A DNA stretch of 64,000 nucleotides from Rhodosorus marinus CCMP1338 (GCA_029953675.1 JAMWBK010000005.1:1426001-1490000); one strand, 5' to 3'. Counted from the stretch's first letter, positions 1 to 12,228 are shown. Notes: generated by a model not told the origin, from the letters alone. Translations and numbers: made by a program.

Positions 1-258
1 TATTGGACGGTGCGGGGATTGTAAATGTAGGATACCAGTAGTCTTTTATTTGGCTGGATGGTTCAGCGGTCGAGCTTGTGTTTGTTTTTTTTTGTTCGGC
101 TTGGAGATTCGGCACGGGGTCTTAATGGACAGGTTATAGTCGGCACAGCTCTTGCTGAGCGAAGGTCTGCTGCTGTGTGGTGGTTGGGTAAAGGATCAGG
201 CTGGAACGACGCGAGGAAAACTTGAGAAGTTAAGGATCGAACTGTTGAAAAAGGAAAG

Positions 259-1207
259 ATGGCGTTTGTTGGTGGTGTTGGACCGGTGGTGCGCTCCGGT
301 GCGAGGAGATGCTCCGTTGCTCCGAGGATGACCGACAAGGTGGGCACGCCGAAGAAGGGAGATTGCATGATCTCGCCGTCGATCCTGTCCGCAAACTTCT
401 CGAAGCTTGGAGAGGAAGTTGCTGCCATCGATAAGGCTGGCTGTGACTGGGTCCATGTCGATGTCATGGACGGGCGATTCGTTCCAAACATCACGATTGG
501 ACCACTGGTCGTCGATGCCCTGAGGCCCATCACTGACAAGCCTTTGGATGTTCACCTTATGATTGTGGAGCCTGAACTCAGAATTCCTGACTTCGTCAAG
601 GCTGGATCTGATATCATTTCAGTTCATTGCGAGGGTGAATCCACAATCCATCTTCACCGCACAGTTAACCTCATCAAGGTAGGATTTCTAGTTTAATCAA
701 GTACTAGGGTTACAAATGGCTGATATTCAAATATATTTTTCATTCCCAAAGAGTCTGGGCTGCAAGGCTGGTGTTGTGTTGAACCCAGCGACTCCCGTGT
801 CGGCGATTGAGTACGTGATCGAGGATGTTGACTTGATCCTTGTCATGAGCGTAAACCCTGGCTTTGGTGGACAGGGCTTCATCAGTAGCCAGGTCAAGAA
901 GATTGCACAGATCAGAGCGCTTTGCGACGAGAAGGGTGTGAACCCTTGGATTGAGGTGAGGCTATAGAAGGTCACGAGCAAGCGGGATATGCGATTGTCT
1001 CTTTTCAACTGTGGTGTCCCTAACCTTGAATATGTATGTGGATCCAATCTGCAGGTTGATGGAGGTGTAAAGGGCAGCAATGCTTACCTCGTGAAGGATG
1101 CTGGCGCAAATGCCATCGTTGCAGGATCAGCCGTCTTCGGCGCAGACAGCTACGCCGACGCGATCGCTGACATCCGCGCGAGCAAGGCCCCGGCCGCCGT
1201 CGCGTAA
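259..1207 (+). CDS. RPE: Plastid ribulose-phosphate 3-epimerase; 3 exons (introns 679-751, 956-1054)
   Basis: Motifs [48 protein letters not shown] and [13 protein letters not shown] introns restore the frame. N-terminal MAFVG transit peptide. Confidence 0.95.
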
Positions 1208-1651
1208 ACTCACAAGAAAATCCTGTTGCTCTGTTTTGACTACGAAAATCTGATAAAGACATTCCCGCCGACTCACAATTGCCCAATCCCTTATCAGCAT
1301 TTGACATAGTAGACAGCAGCTCAATCCGATCGGGCTTATGGCGTGTGTGTTCTGAGCATTGTGTCTGCCTCGTACCAAGTCCGTAGAAACTCCAGAAATC
1401 GCCCCAACCCTCCCTTGAAGGACACGATCGATGCATCAAAGGCAAGATTCGTATACTGCATCGTCCGCAATCCGAGTTTCCAGTGCAGTCTTAGCATGGA
1501 GGACCGTACTCAAATCAGAATCCGAGTACTGGGGAGACTGTGCACATAAAGGTTAAAAGGGAGACTTCAAGGTTGGCCGTCTGGAACTCAATAAAGTGGA
1601 GTTCGATGTTGACCACAGAGGAAATCAGATCTGCGCTTGTACCGCTGCATC

Positions 1652-1674
1652 CTGAGAGTTTGGTAAACTCTCAG
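1652..1674. repeat. Perfect 10-bp inverted repeat with 3-nt loop (ctgagagttt-ggt-aaactctcag)
   Basis: Read directly from the sequence; arms 1652-1661 and 1665-1674. Confidence 0.85.
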
Positions 1675-2101
1675 CTCACTATTCCCAACGAGCAACAACC
1701 TCGCTAATTAAGCAATGACACTGATCGAACGTGCTATATTGTTGACAGGCTGTGGAGGACATTTCGGGAAACTGCGGTACGAGCTTTAGGATAGAGGTAT
1801 TGACCTTCTTGCCCAATGACTCCACGCCTGAAGCGTGAAGAGAGTCTCCGGCCGGAAACCTGAATGTTTACGTCCGTTGCTCCGTTTCAGATATCGTCTA
1901 AGGACTTTGTGGGTGCACGTTTGATTGAGCGACAGAGAATGGTTCACAAGGCACTTGGGTAAGTAGTGTCCATTCACCTGAAAGTCATTCTTTCATAAAC
2001 TGAACGAGTCCAAAACAAACCCCCAGTGACATGATGGAAGAGATCCACGCTCTAGAGTTAAAGTGTTCGCTGCCAACAGCAGGCAACTGAAGGAGCAATG
2101 A

Positions 2102-2531
2102 ATTCGCATGATCAATAGTTAAGGGTTGGAACTTTACACCCACTATTTTATACTTGCGGAAAGACGCGGAGGGGGGAGCGAATCAGCACATAGAGTTTAA
2201 CTGGCCCACAGTCCAGAAAGTTAGAAATGCTCATTTGTCCAGAGTATTATAGTCGTGGGATTGTTCAAAATGAGGAAGAGCAGCCTTAGTAGTAAATACA
2301 AATATTAAAAGAAACTGCATGGAAGGCCTCAGAATGGAACCTTGAGAACAAATATCACAACCAGCCACCCTTCTCAGCCCTAGATCCTTGAGCTGGCACC
2401 CCTCAAAGCTCGGCAGAGTCCCAGCGAAGCGAATCCTCCACCAGCCACCTTCAAACCAGGCCATATCACTTTGATACCCGAAAAACGTCCTCTGCATTCG
2501 CATGATCAATAGTTAAGGGTTGAACTTTACA
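2102..2531. repeat. Dispersed direct repeat, two copies of 37 and 36 bp (2102-2138, 2496-2531)
   Basis: attcgcatgatcaatagttaagggtt(g)gaactttaca occurs twice, differing by a single 1-nt indel. Confidence 0.9.
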
Positions 2532-2575
2532 TTAAAGTAGTGCTTTCGAGGTCTCAGCTAGAAGGCAAGGATGTT

Positions 2576-3851
2576 ACAAGGTCATGTTTGTAGGAAACCT
2601 TAATTTGTTCGATGGTTTCTGCGAGTCGCATGGTTGCCCCCTTGATAAGCTCTATCTCCTCCTGCGGTATCTCAACACATGGCACATATATGGCGGTATC
2701 CAAGCTTGGACTTTTCAAGGGTTCCAAACGTGGAGTAGATTTCGAACCAGAAATCCCGTCCCTAGACGTCGCGGAGTCCTTCAGAGCGTTTCTGTATAAC
2801 TCTGGTCGATTTCCGATATCCTTCTGCTGCTAGGAAGAAAGGTTTTATTACAAGACAACTGGTTAGGCCATGTTGGCCAACTTTGATCCGAGGGATGAAG
2901 ATCGGAACCTTTCTTACGTCATAGGCTTGTCCCACTGGAACCACATCAACTAGTCGTCGCGAAGTTCTGTCTATAATTTCCCGAAACTGCTCGATTTGCT
3001 CAGAGTCTGCAGCCTGAAGATCATCATACTCATCAGCGTCGCCGGCCCTCCTCACCACGTCCACTCCTCCATATCTTACATCTGCACCATCCCGCTGAAT
3101 CAAACCGGCACTTTCGTTCGTTGCTGGTGCAATTCACCACCAAAACGGAGAGATCATTTAGAGATCTTAACAAGAACCTCCAGAGCAAAAAACAGCTCTG
3201 GGGCAGCCCTTCCTTACCTTCCGGTATGATCCGAAGCTTCTTGAGAAGGTGCTTCAAGAAATCGCAGAATCCTGCGAAGCACTCGTCCATAGCTTTCTCC
3301 ACCAGTTTCCTATTAAACGACAAACCAACAGTGCGAACACAGAGGCAAAAACAGGATAAACAAAATTCAAATACAAAACAGGTTTTCGACAGACATGAAG
3401 GCTTCTCTAGTCCCACCATCCGCACCAACTTTCTCCGACCAACCGATCTTAAACAGTCCATGCATCGCAGCGTAATGGCGCAAGACACCCGAGGAAAGAA
3501 TGAAAATCTGGAAGAGATCGTCCTATCGATGATGGTTTGGTCGGAGCCAAATGTCCATGAGAAAGCTTCAAGACTCAAGCTAAGTATGTTGTTTTGCAAG
3601 GAAAGTCGCTGCTGTGCTAGCTAACAGAAACGCGTCTGACTCAAGAGGTGGTCATATAACCCCCGAGCGAGAGCCTTCCACAACAACACGCAAACGTGCG
3701 TCATCAAGGTGTACAAGTAGGTTTCGGCATAAACAGGAATCAACGTGAATCCGTCTGCCAGATCGCCTTTGGCTACGAATTTTCTTTTGGCTCGCTCCAA
3801 GGGGTGTCCAGGACTGCCATCAAACGAATCCACATCCGTCTGCGCTAACAT
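2576..3851 (-). CDS. Multi-exon hypothetical protein; may extend further left towards ~1790
   Basis: Minus-strand open segments (MLAQTDVDSF...KALARG / LSLEAFSWT...DCLRSV / KLVEKAMDECF... / QKDIGNRPELY...) can be joined through GT-AG sites, with the phase confirmed for the first junction. No family recognised. Confidence 0.35.
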
Positions 3852-4229
3852 TTCTAGGTGATAAGCGAACAACCGCGAGCGAGAACGAAGGGATTTTAGC
3901 CGTCGGGTCTAGTCCTTTATCTTAAGTTTTCTCTCTCTCGCATGTTTCTGAGAGCGATCCAGCGGTTATCTCGCCATAAGGTCGTATTCAAGGAGACCAT
4001 TGCCCGACGCAGGCGCTTTGCGGATCTTCTCGTACCAAGCGATTCGATACCGAGTTTAGTACAATTATGGATGCGGAGGAATTACCTGGATGCGGAGGGA
4101 GTCTGGGGTTTACGAGGGTTGTGGTGGAGGTGTCCGCCTCTGATAAGGATTTGTATTTGTTTTCTCTCAGTGATCTTTCTGAAGGGTAGCTTTGAGTGGG
4201 TCTAGGTTTGGAGGGAAAAGAAGCATAAG

Positions 4230-4475
4230 ATGGGTAAGAGGAAGAAGGCGACAAAGCCCCCGCCAAGGGCGAAGGATCCTACGCTTGAAAAGACCTTTGA
4301 TTGTCCGTTTTGCGGACAGGAGCAGAGTGTGGATAGCTTCATAAATAGGAAAAAAGGAATTGGTAGAGTGGCCTGCCGATCTTGTAAAGCAACGCACGTC
4401 ATGAGCGTGAACACTTTGACCGAGGCAGTCGATATTTTTGCTGACTGGATTGACAGAAGTGTTGAGGTACGTTGA
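4230..4475 (+). CDS. ELF1: Transcription elongation factor 1 homolog (zinc ribbon)
   Basis: MGKRKK...FDCPFCG...CRSC...TEAVDIFADWID pattern. A short last exon after a GT at ~4468 is possible. Confidence 0.9.
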   Translation: MGKRKKATKPPPRAKDPTLEKTFDCPFCGQEQSVDSFINRKKGIGRVACRSCKATHVMSVNTLTEAVDIFADWIDRSVEVR

Positions 4476-4791
4476 CATGATGGACGACTCGGCCGCTGGA
4501 CCGGCTGAGCATGTGTCCCTTTCGAGAAGCTCTAGCGATGCGAACTACTGAAAAAGACTATTTTTATTGAACAGGCTAACCAAGAAAAACAAGATGTCTG
4601 ACTTCTTTTTTAATTAGCTTGCTATTGCAACCTCGAATTGCCGTCATCCTCACATCTTCTTTCTTCTGGAGCAAGGAAATCATGTCTCTCCGAAAGTCCT
4701 GGCGGCTGAGAAACTACAACTGTCGCTGATTATTCGCCCAAAGATTGAGTATTAAATACAAAAAAACGACACACGCCCTCTCTGTGTTCTT

Positions 4792-6169
4792 TTATGATGA
4801 ACTGCCTTGAGAAGTAGCAGACCCATCATCCTTCTCACTCCGCTTGACATTATCTACTCCTCGGCTTAGCTTTGATATCAACCCGTTGCATCCGTCTACT
4901 ACGCTCGATATCATTACACCCAAGGCTGCTTGCCTGGAAGATTCGATACGAAATGCACAATCACAATCTGTTCAGGATAACAAGCTGACAATAATCAGAA
5001 CAGATGCTATGAACGACTGTTTACCTGTATTCACCGCTCGGAAACTGTGCCGTCCTTAGCTTCGGTATTGTACAGTATTGAGAGAGCACCTTGACCTTCA
5101 TCTCTAGCTCCTTTTCCTTCTCCTCCGACATTTTGGTACCGGGGTTGCCAATCTTCATGTAAAGAACGTTGTTGCGACTCTTCGTATCCATGCAGATGAT
5201 CAGTTGGTATTTGTCTACGTCCGCAGGTATGAGCTTTCTTGCTTGATGAATTCTGAGAGCAAATAGGAAATAACGCACGGGGGCTCATCTCGTTAGACCG
5301 CTGCGCAGTTGAACCTGCCAAAGAAGCCGCGTGCGGGCTTCAATGGTAGAAGTGCACGCGTCACACAATATATGCGACGCGGTTTCAAACTTGAAATCTC
5401 TCGTGCAGTGTTGTCGAAGCCCAAGATAGCAGCTGGAGAAGCTCAACTCAAGCGCTACAGTTTTGCGGGTTTCCGAGAGGCTTACGTTATATCAAGCTTT
5501 CGCCGAAACTTCATCGCGTTAACAAACTCTTCAGGTGGATTTCCGCCCGGAATGACTTGGTATCCAGCAGATTCAACCTTGATATACTTGGAGTATCTGT
5601 CTCATGAAGAGAAGGGGAGGATCTTTAGATTTCCTGGCTACGGTAGCCTCGAGCAAATAGGCTTCTCCTCTGACTTACTGCCTCCTCTCGATCAAGTCCT
5701 TCAGAATTGCCTCAGCTACAACAGAGGTTGTCAGGTTGTCTCTACAGACGAACAGGATCCTGAACACCTTGTCATCCGGAACTCTCATTTCCCCGTCTTC
5801 CTGCGGAGTCTGCGACAGATTTTTGAGTTCAGATTCTCAAGTCATAAACTTCAGACAAGAATTCAAGTCTCATGGCAGAGATGTTCTATACCTGACCATA
5901 ATTTTGAGCGCTCTCCCATGCTCGCAAAGCATCTCCAGCTGTTATTTCAGGCCCAGAACCATCGTCAGCACGGGCAAGGACCCCTCTACCGAAACGTCGG
6001 TATCTTGTTCTCTGCAATATGGGAACATAAAACAGGTCATTGAACCTCCAAGAAATCTGAAAATACCAAAAACAAAACAATAAAAGTCGAAGATCCATAC
6101 CGAAGCTTGGCACAGGCCAGCCCTCGATTGTTGAGTGCGCAGCAAACCACTGGCCACAAACGACGTCAT
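4792..6169 (-). CDS. Plastid-targeted low-molecular-weight protein tyrosine phosphatase-like protein, probably catalytically altered; about 6 exons
   Basis: Spliced product: MTSFV transit peptide...RILFVCRDNLTTSVVAEAIL...VESAGYQVIPGGNPP...HQARKL...IICMD...FPSGEY...SSVVDGCNGLISKL. This follows the LMW-PTP motif order. Confidence 0.8.
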
Positions 6170-7258
6170 TTCCCGAACATCAAAACCGCAAAGTCAGAAG
6201 TTAAGCGAAGTCTTGAATCTAACAAGGATCAAAAAGATTCACTAAATAAAGCAATGGAATCTCAGTCACGTGAAAAAAACCTCAGTCAACCTCCCCGTCA
6301 GATCAAACCCCCTCCTCCTCCCCCTCCCCAACCACCAAACTGTCTCTCCTTAGATCTTCCCGAAAACAGCTTCATGTTTGCATGAGGAATGCAGCAGGAA
6401 AGGTTGCAATCCAAAATACTGAAAATTAGAATATATTACAACGTTTTCCGAATTCCATTAGAGAACGAATCATTTTGGATGGTTTTCGGGTATCTTTTTT
6501 TGAACAAAAAAGGCCATTGATCTTGCTAGGTACAAATACTCTAGATTTTGGATGTGTCCTGGATATTTCTAGGCTGAACTCCTCGGGGAATGATTTGTTT
6601 TTTAGATGGACTCTAGATAATAGAATTGGTGTCTAAGTTTTGGTAGTTTTGGGATGCTGAGCGGCGACTAGCTAGGGGTGAACTAGTTCCTGAAGGGATG
6701 TTTTAAGAGCTCAATAGAGCAAATTATCTAAGAACCTGTTGGCTGAGAGCTTGCCGTGCGTAATTAACCCGGTCAGGCTTGCTCTAGGTTTGATACCCCC
6801 CAATGCTGGCCATGGGGTGGCCCCCCCCCGGGCCGAGTCGTCCTCGCTTGTGAATTGGTTCACGTTCTTCTCCCCTCTCATTCCCCGCGGATTATGCTGA
6901 ATATGTTTCCATGGTGAAGTCATTTTTCACCCCCATAGTTTCCATAGCGCGAAGTAGCTTGGACCTCCCGTGCGCCGATGGAGCTCAAAGCCGCGCGCAT
7001 ATCAGCCAAAGCAAGCGTAGAAGCTACGTCAAGAGCAGCTGGGATTCCAAACAAAAATACAAAACAGTCCTACTCACTGAACCAAAAAAAAAAACACGAC
7101 GACCAGAGCAATAACAAAAAGGTGCATGTGGAGAAACAAGTCCAACCGACCGAACCCACTTCTTCCTCACACTTCAGCGCGCCACAGCTTGCGCTCCCAT
7201 GAGTTTCAGAAATATTTCTGAATTTGCGCTCTATTCGGAATCCTCTTCTAACTTTGAG

Positions 7259-8412
7259 ATCACTACTACGTCCCCAGCCAAGTTTTCACGTTCCTCAGCC
7301 TCCTCCAGAGGAACGTCGACGCATAGCTAAGCTGAAGTGCGAGGAAGTTGTCATAATGAACTGGTTCGACTGAGTTTTCGTCAAGGGCACGGGCGCCTAC
7401 GGGTGATCTGGGATTAGCAAACTATCGACGGAAGAGAGGGATAGTTTGCACGATCGAGCCATGGAGGACAATCTGCCTCTGTGGAGGCACTACGTGGGTG
7501 AGGATGGACCGAAGAGAATCTTCCGGCGGACAATGGTTTTCGGTAAGTCAGCTGATCGCGAATAGCAAGTACCAAAGACGAATGCTGCAGCGGCGAAGCG
7601 TCGTAGATTTTTAAATAAGCGTGAGTTGTGTTTAAAGGTTTGAGCGGTGCGATTGTATTGGGGTGTACTGCTGTCGTAACGCAGGGCAATGTTCTTGTCT
7701 CCATGTTGAAAGCTGGATGGAGACTGAGCTATTCGTCGATTTTCGGCTTCAGCACATTGGTAAGACGCGTGGAAACCGTGAAGGTGTTATTCAGGAGGCA
7801 AGCGTTCTAACTTTTGGCCTGCTCGGATTGGGCGTGCAGGAGGTCCTCGAATATCAAAAAAGGGGGAACAGGACTATAAACACAGCTGTTGGTGGTTTTC
7901 TTCAAGGAGCGGGCATGTCTGCGTTTGATCAGAACAAGATCAGGGGAAACAGATTTATAGTTTGTAAGCCGATTGCGTCACTGAAGCACGCATTCAAAGA
8001 CTTCTCACAGGGCTCGATCTTTCGCAACGGGTGAAATTCGCCTTGATGTCTAGATGGGGTCGCGGGAGCTGCCGCTTGGGTAAGCGCGAGAACTGCTTAT
8101 AGTATTTTCTTGCAGTACAACACGACGAGACTGGCCAGAAATCAAGCCCTGGAACATGGCCTTCACGTGAAATCCTTCAGAGAGCGGATGCCACGCTGGA
8201 TGCCGTTGTCCAAACAGGTGGACAGCAACCTTCTTGCACTCAGGGAACGAAACGAGCGTTTGGAAGCAGAGCTGCAACTCATTTCTCATGCTCTCTATTA
8301 CTACTACCACCAGCACCCCGAGCAAAAATCATCGGAGGAGTCGAGCTTGGGCGAGCAAGATGTAACCCCCGACGCGAGAGCGGCTTCTTCAGATAGAGAG
8401 GATCAATCATGA
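7259..8412 (+). CDS. Multi-exon membrane protein, possibly Tim17/Tim22/Tim23 family; 5' end uncertain
   Basis: Exons ...GAIVLGCTAVV...YSSIFGFSTL / EVLEYQKRGNRTINTAVGGFLQGAGMSAF give Gly-rich hydrophobic helices and an R-x4-N-x3-GG pattern, followed by a C-terminal coiled coil. The family call is tentative. Confidence 0.4.
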
Positions 8413-8937
8413 CGACTAACTCCACACAAACCGAAACAATTCTGAGACCTTACCTCAGCACAATTACTTATGAAGCGCTTTCGAGGCTGGTACCTAAAGC
8501 AGGACAATCGGACATGCCCTATCAGCAGGGGACGACGTGTCGTAGAATACGCTGCCAATAATGCCGAGAACAGCTTTGTGGCTCTCCGCTTTCATTTAAT
8601 CCTCCAGATCAAGATCTTGAGAGCTGCTAAAATGATCATCGCTACCTACCATTCAATCACAAAAGGCAACTTCACCTCCAACCTCGCACGTTCTTGTGTT
8701 AGTTAGAAGTCATAGGATCATGACAATTTCAGCATTTCAATACAATCTAAACAATTAATGTCCAAACGGACTCATTCCGGATTACAAATAATTCCTGAAA
8801 ACAAATATTATTTGCCGGTAACGGACTTTTTATTTACGTATTATGTAGATCGTAATTGTGAAACTTTATAATATTCATACAATAGCGTTGCATCGAGCGG
8901 AGATAGTATTCTTGGGAGAATTAGGATAGTTGTGAGG

Positions 8938-9951
8938 ATGATGCGGTCTGAAGCAGATTACTTGACTAAGAAAGAGATCCGGGATCTACTGAAGATCTGT
9001 TTCTTTTATGTAACTATTGTCTGTAATGGAACTGTTCATCGCTTCTGACGTAGGTGCGCTTCTGTCTCGGAAGAATGGACATCCTCGTCAACGGGGAGGT
9101 AGGCTGGAACGGTATCGGCTTTGGGCGCTAAATGTTCCTGCAACGAAGGTTGAAATCGTTGCAGTAGGCGACTGGGAAATTGCCCTGCGTGTACCTAGAG
9201 ACAAAAACAAGCTGCTCGAAGACTACATCGAGGTAAGCGCGATCATAGGCTCGGTTTTCTTTTCGTTCTCTTGTTGATTAGGGGATGACTCTGACCAACT
9301 TATCGACTTAGTGGAATCTTGAAGATCTGTCTCCTGGTGAAAGCGAACGAGTGCCGTACTGGGCAGACCTCTGGCCTTCTGCGCTGGTACTTTCGAATGA
9401 GATAATCTGTCGTCGATCCGAGTTTCAAGGATCGCTTGTTTTAGAAATCGGGTGTGGGTTGGGCCTGTGCGGAATGGCCGCAGCCTTAGCTGGCGCAGAG
9501 TCGGTGAGAACATCTTATGCCCCACAGTAATACGATTATCAAAAACTGACGGGCTGAAAACGCGGCCTAGGTCCTACTATCCGACAATGATCCTCTGGCT
9601 GTCGACGTTGCGAGAATGAATGCTGAGAACAACTCGCGTATCCTACCGGAGGCCACTGTTGAACACAGAATTCTCGATTGGCGGGCGCCGGCAGCGTGGC
9701 CACGTGATTTTGATATTGTCATTGCAGCGGATGTTCTCTACGAACCATCGTTTGCGGACGATATTGCAAACCTGCTTCCGCTGGTCCTCAAGAAAGGCGG
9801 TCGTCTGCTACTGGCTGATCCATTCATAAGACCTCATCGAGAATACTTTCTGGACTCTCTACGAACTCAGGGAAAGTGGAAGGATATCAGAAAAACTACT
9901 GTCTCACAGCAGTCTCAGAACATCGTTTTTGTGACTGCTGTGTTGGGATGA
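8938..9951 (+). CDS. Seven-beta-strand protein lysine methyltransferase (METTL21/Methyltransf_16-like)
   Basis: PYWADLWPSALVL, VLEIGCGLGLCGM, LDW and IIAADVLYE-type motifs across GT-AG introns. Confidence 0.85.
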
Positions 9952-10106
9952 TGGGGATAGGAAACCGAGCAACACTGCGCAGATGGATATCCTCAATGCT
10001 ATCAACCATGAATATTGTATATTAGAACCTCTTTCGGTTTGTTTCAAGTTAGCAATGTGTGAAATGAAAATGCTTCCTCGCAGAGTCGCTGTTGGTGGAA
10101 TTCTTG

Positions 10107-11342
10107 TTAGATACCGGAGAAGAACGCTGGATCATGTACGGTCGTCTTCTTCTTCTTCTTCCGCGAACGCCGTGGTTCTAGTGGTAGAGGCTCTCGAACG
10201 TGGGAGTCCGAGTGGCTGCATTTGATTTCCTCGCCAGTTTCTGACTGTCCCGGTTCTTGCGCAGTATCGTCGCTTTCGTGGTAAAAGTCAGCAACGTCGT
10301 GGAACTTAATAACGTCATCATGGGAACAGGACGCTAGAACGCGCTGATCGCAGGAGAGCGAGAGCCGTTCAATTGGTAGGTCCCCGTGCTTTCCAGCGAG
10401 TCCGAGGAATTTGTTGGGCTGAAGTTGTATGACGCGAATCATGCCGTCGCTCGAGCCCGTGAATATCGTATCTTCGTCCACTTTCACGATCGCGTCAACG
10501 CTGTGCGGATGGCCGGGAAACCTATCGGTTAGGTCAGACCAGTCTGCCCTCGAAAATATGTTCAGGTGACCATCAGAGCTTCCACAAACAACTTTCCTCC
10601 CGCCCTTGACCACTGACAACGACAGCAGCTCGTCATCAACTCCACCAGACATAGTGGAGACCTTCAACCCTGGGCTTCCGTTGGAGTTTGAAGTGCTAGA
10701 GGACATCCTCAGATCCCACACTCCTAGACATCCATCGGCGCTGCTAGTGAGAACACTTTTTAAGCCGTGTCCTAGTTCTGAGATATCGCTGACGTAGTCC
10801 AGATGCTCGTGCCTCTTGAGAACAAAACTTGAGCTCCTCATGTCCCACAGTCGGACCTGGAAAGAAGGATAGACGTTGGTTGAGAATAGGTCCAGAGGGT
10901 TCGCTTGCTGGGGACGGAAACTGAGTGATTCTTCTCCCTTAAGGCCCACCATTCCTTCATCCTCTCCCACTACCATCACGTTGGGATTGCTGCCAATGCT
11001 AGCGATGGCGGTGATGCCAATATCATCACCAGATTTTCTTTTGATCTTCTTCAGGTCTCGCACCCCTCCAGAATCAATATCGATCGTGCAGAACGTCCCA
11101 TCCGAGGCTCCGCAGACAGCGTATTTGCCGTCGACGGTGACGGACACTACGCGAAGTCCTGATGGTACCAGTGAACGTATGGAGTGAACCGGTTCCGTTC
11201 TCCTTTCTAAATTGTACACCGAAAAACTGCCATCTACCAGTCCCAGCATCAAATGACTTGGCGCTTGTGGGTGAAACTTGGCGTCCAAGGCCGAGCAGGG
11301 CATCCTCAGGTCTTCAACTGCATTGTCGTTCTCCTCCCCCAT
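10107..11342 (-). CDS. WDR55: WD40 protein WDR55/JIP5; one 93-nt intron (10857-10949)
   Basis: HLDYVSDI, LTSSADGCLGVWDLR, KVVCGSSDG, DRFPGHPHSVDAIVKVDEDTIFTGSSDGMIRVI and LASCSHD, followed by a basic tail. Confidence 0.85.
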   Translation of the reverse strand: MGEENDNAVEDLRMPCSALDAKFHPQAPSHLMLGLVDGSFSVYNLERRTEPVHSIRSLVPSGLRVVSVTVDGKYAVCGASDGTFCTIDIDSGGVRDLKKIKRKSGDDIGITAIASIGSNPNVMVVGEDEGMVGLKGEESLSFRPQQANPLDLFSTNVYPSFQVRLWDMRSSSFVLKRHEHLDYVSDISELGHGLKSVLTSSADGCLGVWDLRMSSSTSNSNGSPGLKVSTMSGGVDDELLSLSVVKGGRKVVCGSSDGHLNIFSRADWSDLTDRFPGHPHSVDAIVKVDEDTIFTGSSDGMIRVIQLQPNKFLGLAGKHGDLPIERLSLSCDQRVLASCSHDDVIKFHDVADFYHESDDTAQEPGQSETGEEIKCSHSDSHVREPLPLEPRRSRKKKKKTTVHDPAFFSGI

Positions 11343-11561
11343 CTTTTTTCCTTCTGTGCAGGCTTCTGAAGACACCTCCCGTCGGCCACCCAACAACTCG
11401 GGAAACAGACTTTCACCGCCAAAACATCTGCTTTACAAGTCATTCAACTCCTAGCCCTGCAAACTATTGTACTACTCGTCGGTTACGATGGCTTGGCATC
11501 GGCTCCTAACTCGTTACCTGAACCCGCATCATCATCAGAAAGTATTTCTCCGCACACAAGC

Positions 11562-12228
11562 TCATCCAGCGCTCCTCTTTGCTGTAGGAAACCTCTCACT
11601 GGGCTTTTCTAATCCTGGTCGTGAATCGGCCGGTTCCAATACTTCAGTTCGCTCATGGTACCGTTCTAGTTTGCTTTTGAGGCTTAGCCTTTCCAGCTTT
11701 AGTTTTTTGTCCAAGAGACCGAGATAATGTATCACTAAAATATCAATCTGTATCCAGAGCAAAGCCGGGTTTCTACAATCTTGGCCTGACGAATTGTCCC
11801 CTGGCATATCGTTCGGTTTTGCGTGGCCCACAGCGATTCTCTCCAATTTCTAGTACTCACAAATTGGTGGCTTCTGTGGTAGGTCCAAATAGCAGCGCAA
11901 GGTGGATAACCATGATCAGCGCTTCTTTGGATGCTTTGCGGAATTCCTGCTTCATTAATACACCGGCCCTGTGACTCTCAACTGCCCTCAAGCTCCGTCT
12001 GCGTGCGCTGGAGACCGTGTACTCGAGAGAGTTCTCTTCCTTCCAATGGGTCGCGGCGGTGCGTGCCCAAAACCTCAACAGGTGGGCAGGTCGAGCTTGA
12101 CCACCTGACTATATGCTATTGTTGTTCGTCACCAGTGAGGCGTATAGAGGGGTAAATGGTCCAAGATTCGACGATCTAGTGCCTGGTGAACCTGTCCTGT
12201 TCAGACCGGTCCTCTCCACGGTTCATGC
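11562..12228 (-). CDS. Possible small multi-exon hypothetical protein
   Basis: Two adjacent minus-strand ORFs (11857-12078, 11562-11846) with plausible composition and splice signals. No family recognised. Confidence 0.25.

Noticed and set aside
2141-2542. CACTA...TAGTG ends suggesting an En/Spm non-autonomous element
   Set aside because: Only about 11 bp of imperfect inverted similarity, and the flanking trinucleotides (acc versus ctt) do not form a 3-bp TSD.
5309-6043. 244-aa plus-strand ORF
   Set aside because: Antisense to the motif-supported LMW-PTP-like gene, starts at TTG and has no recognisable motifs. Treated as a shadow ORF.
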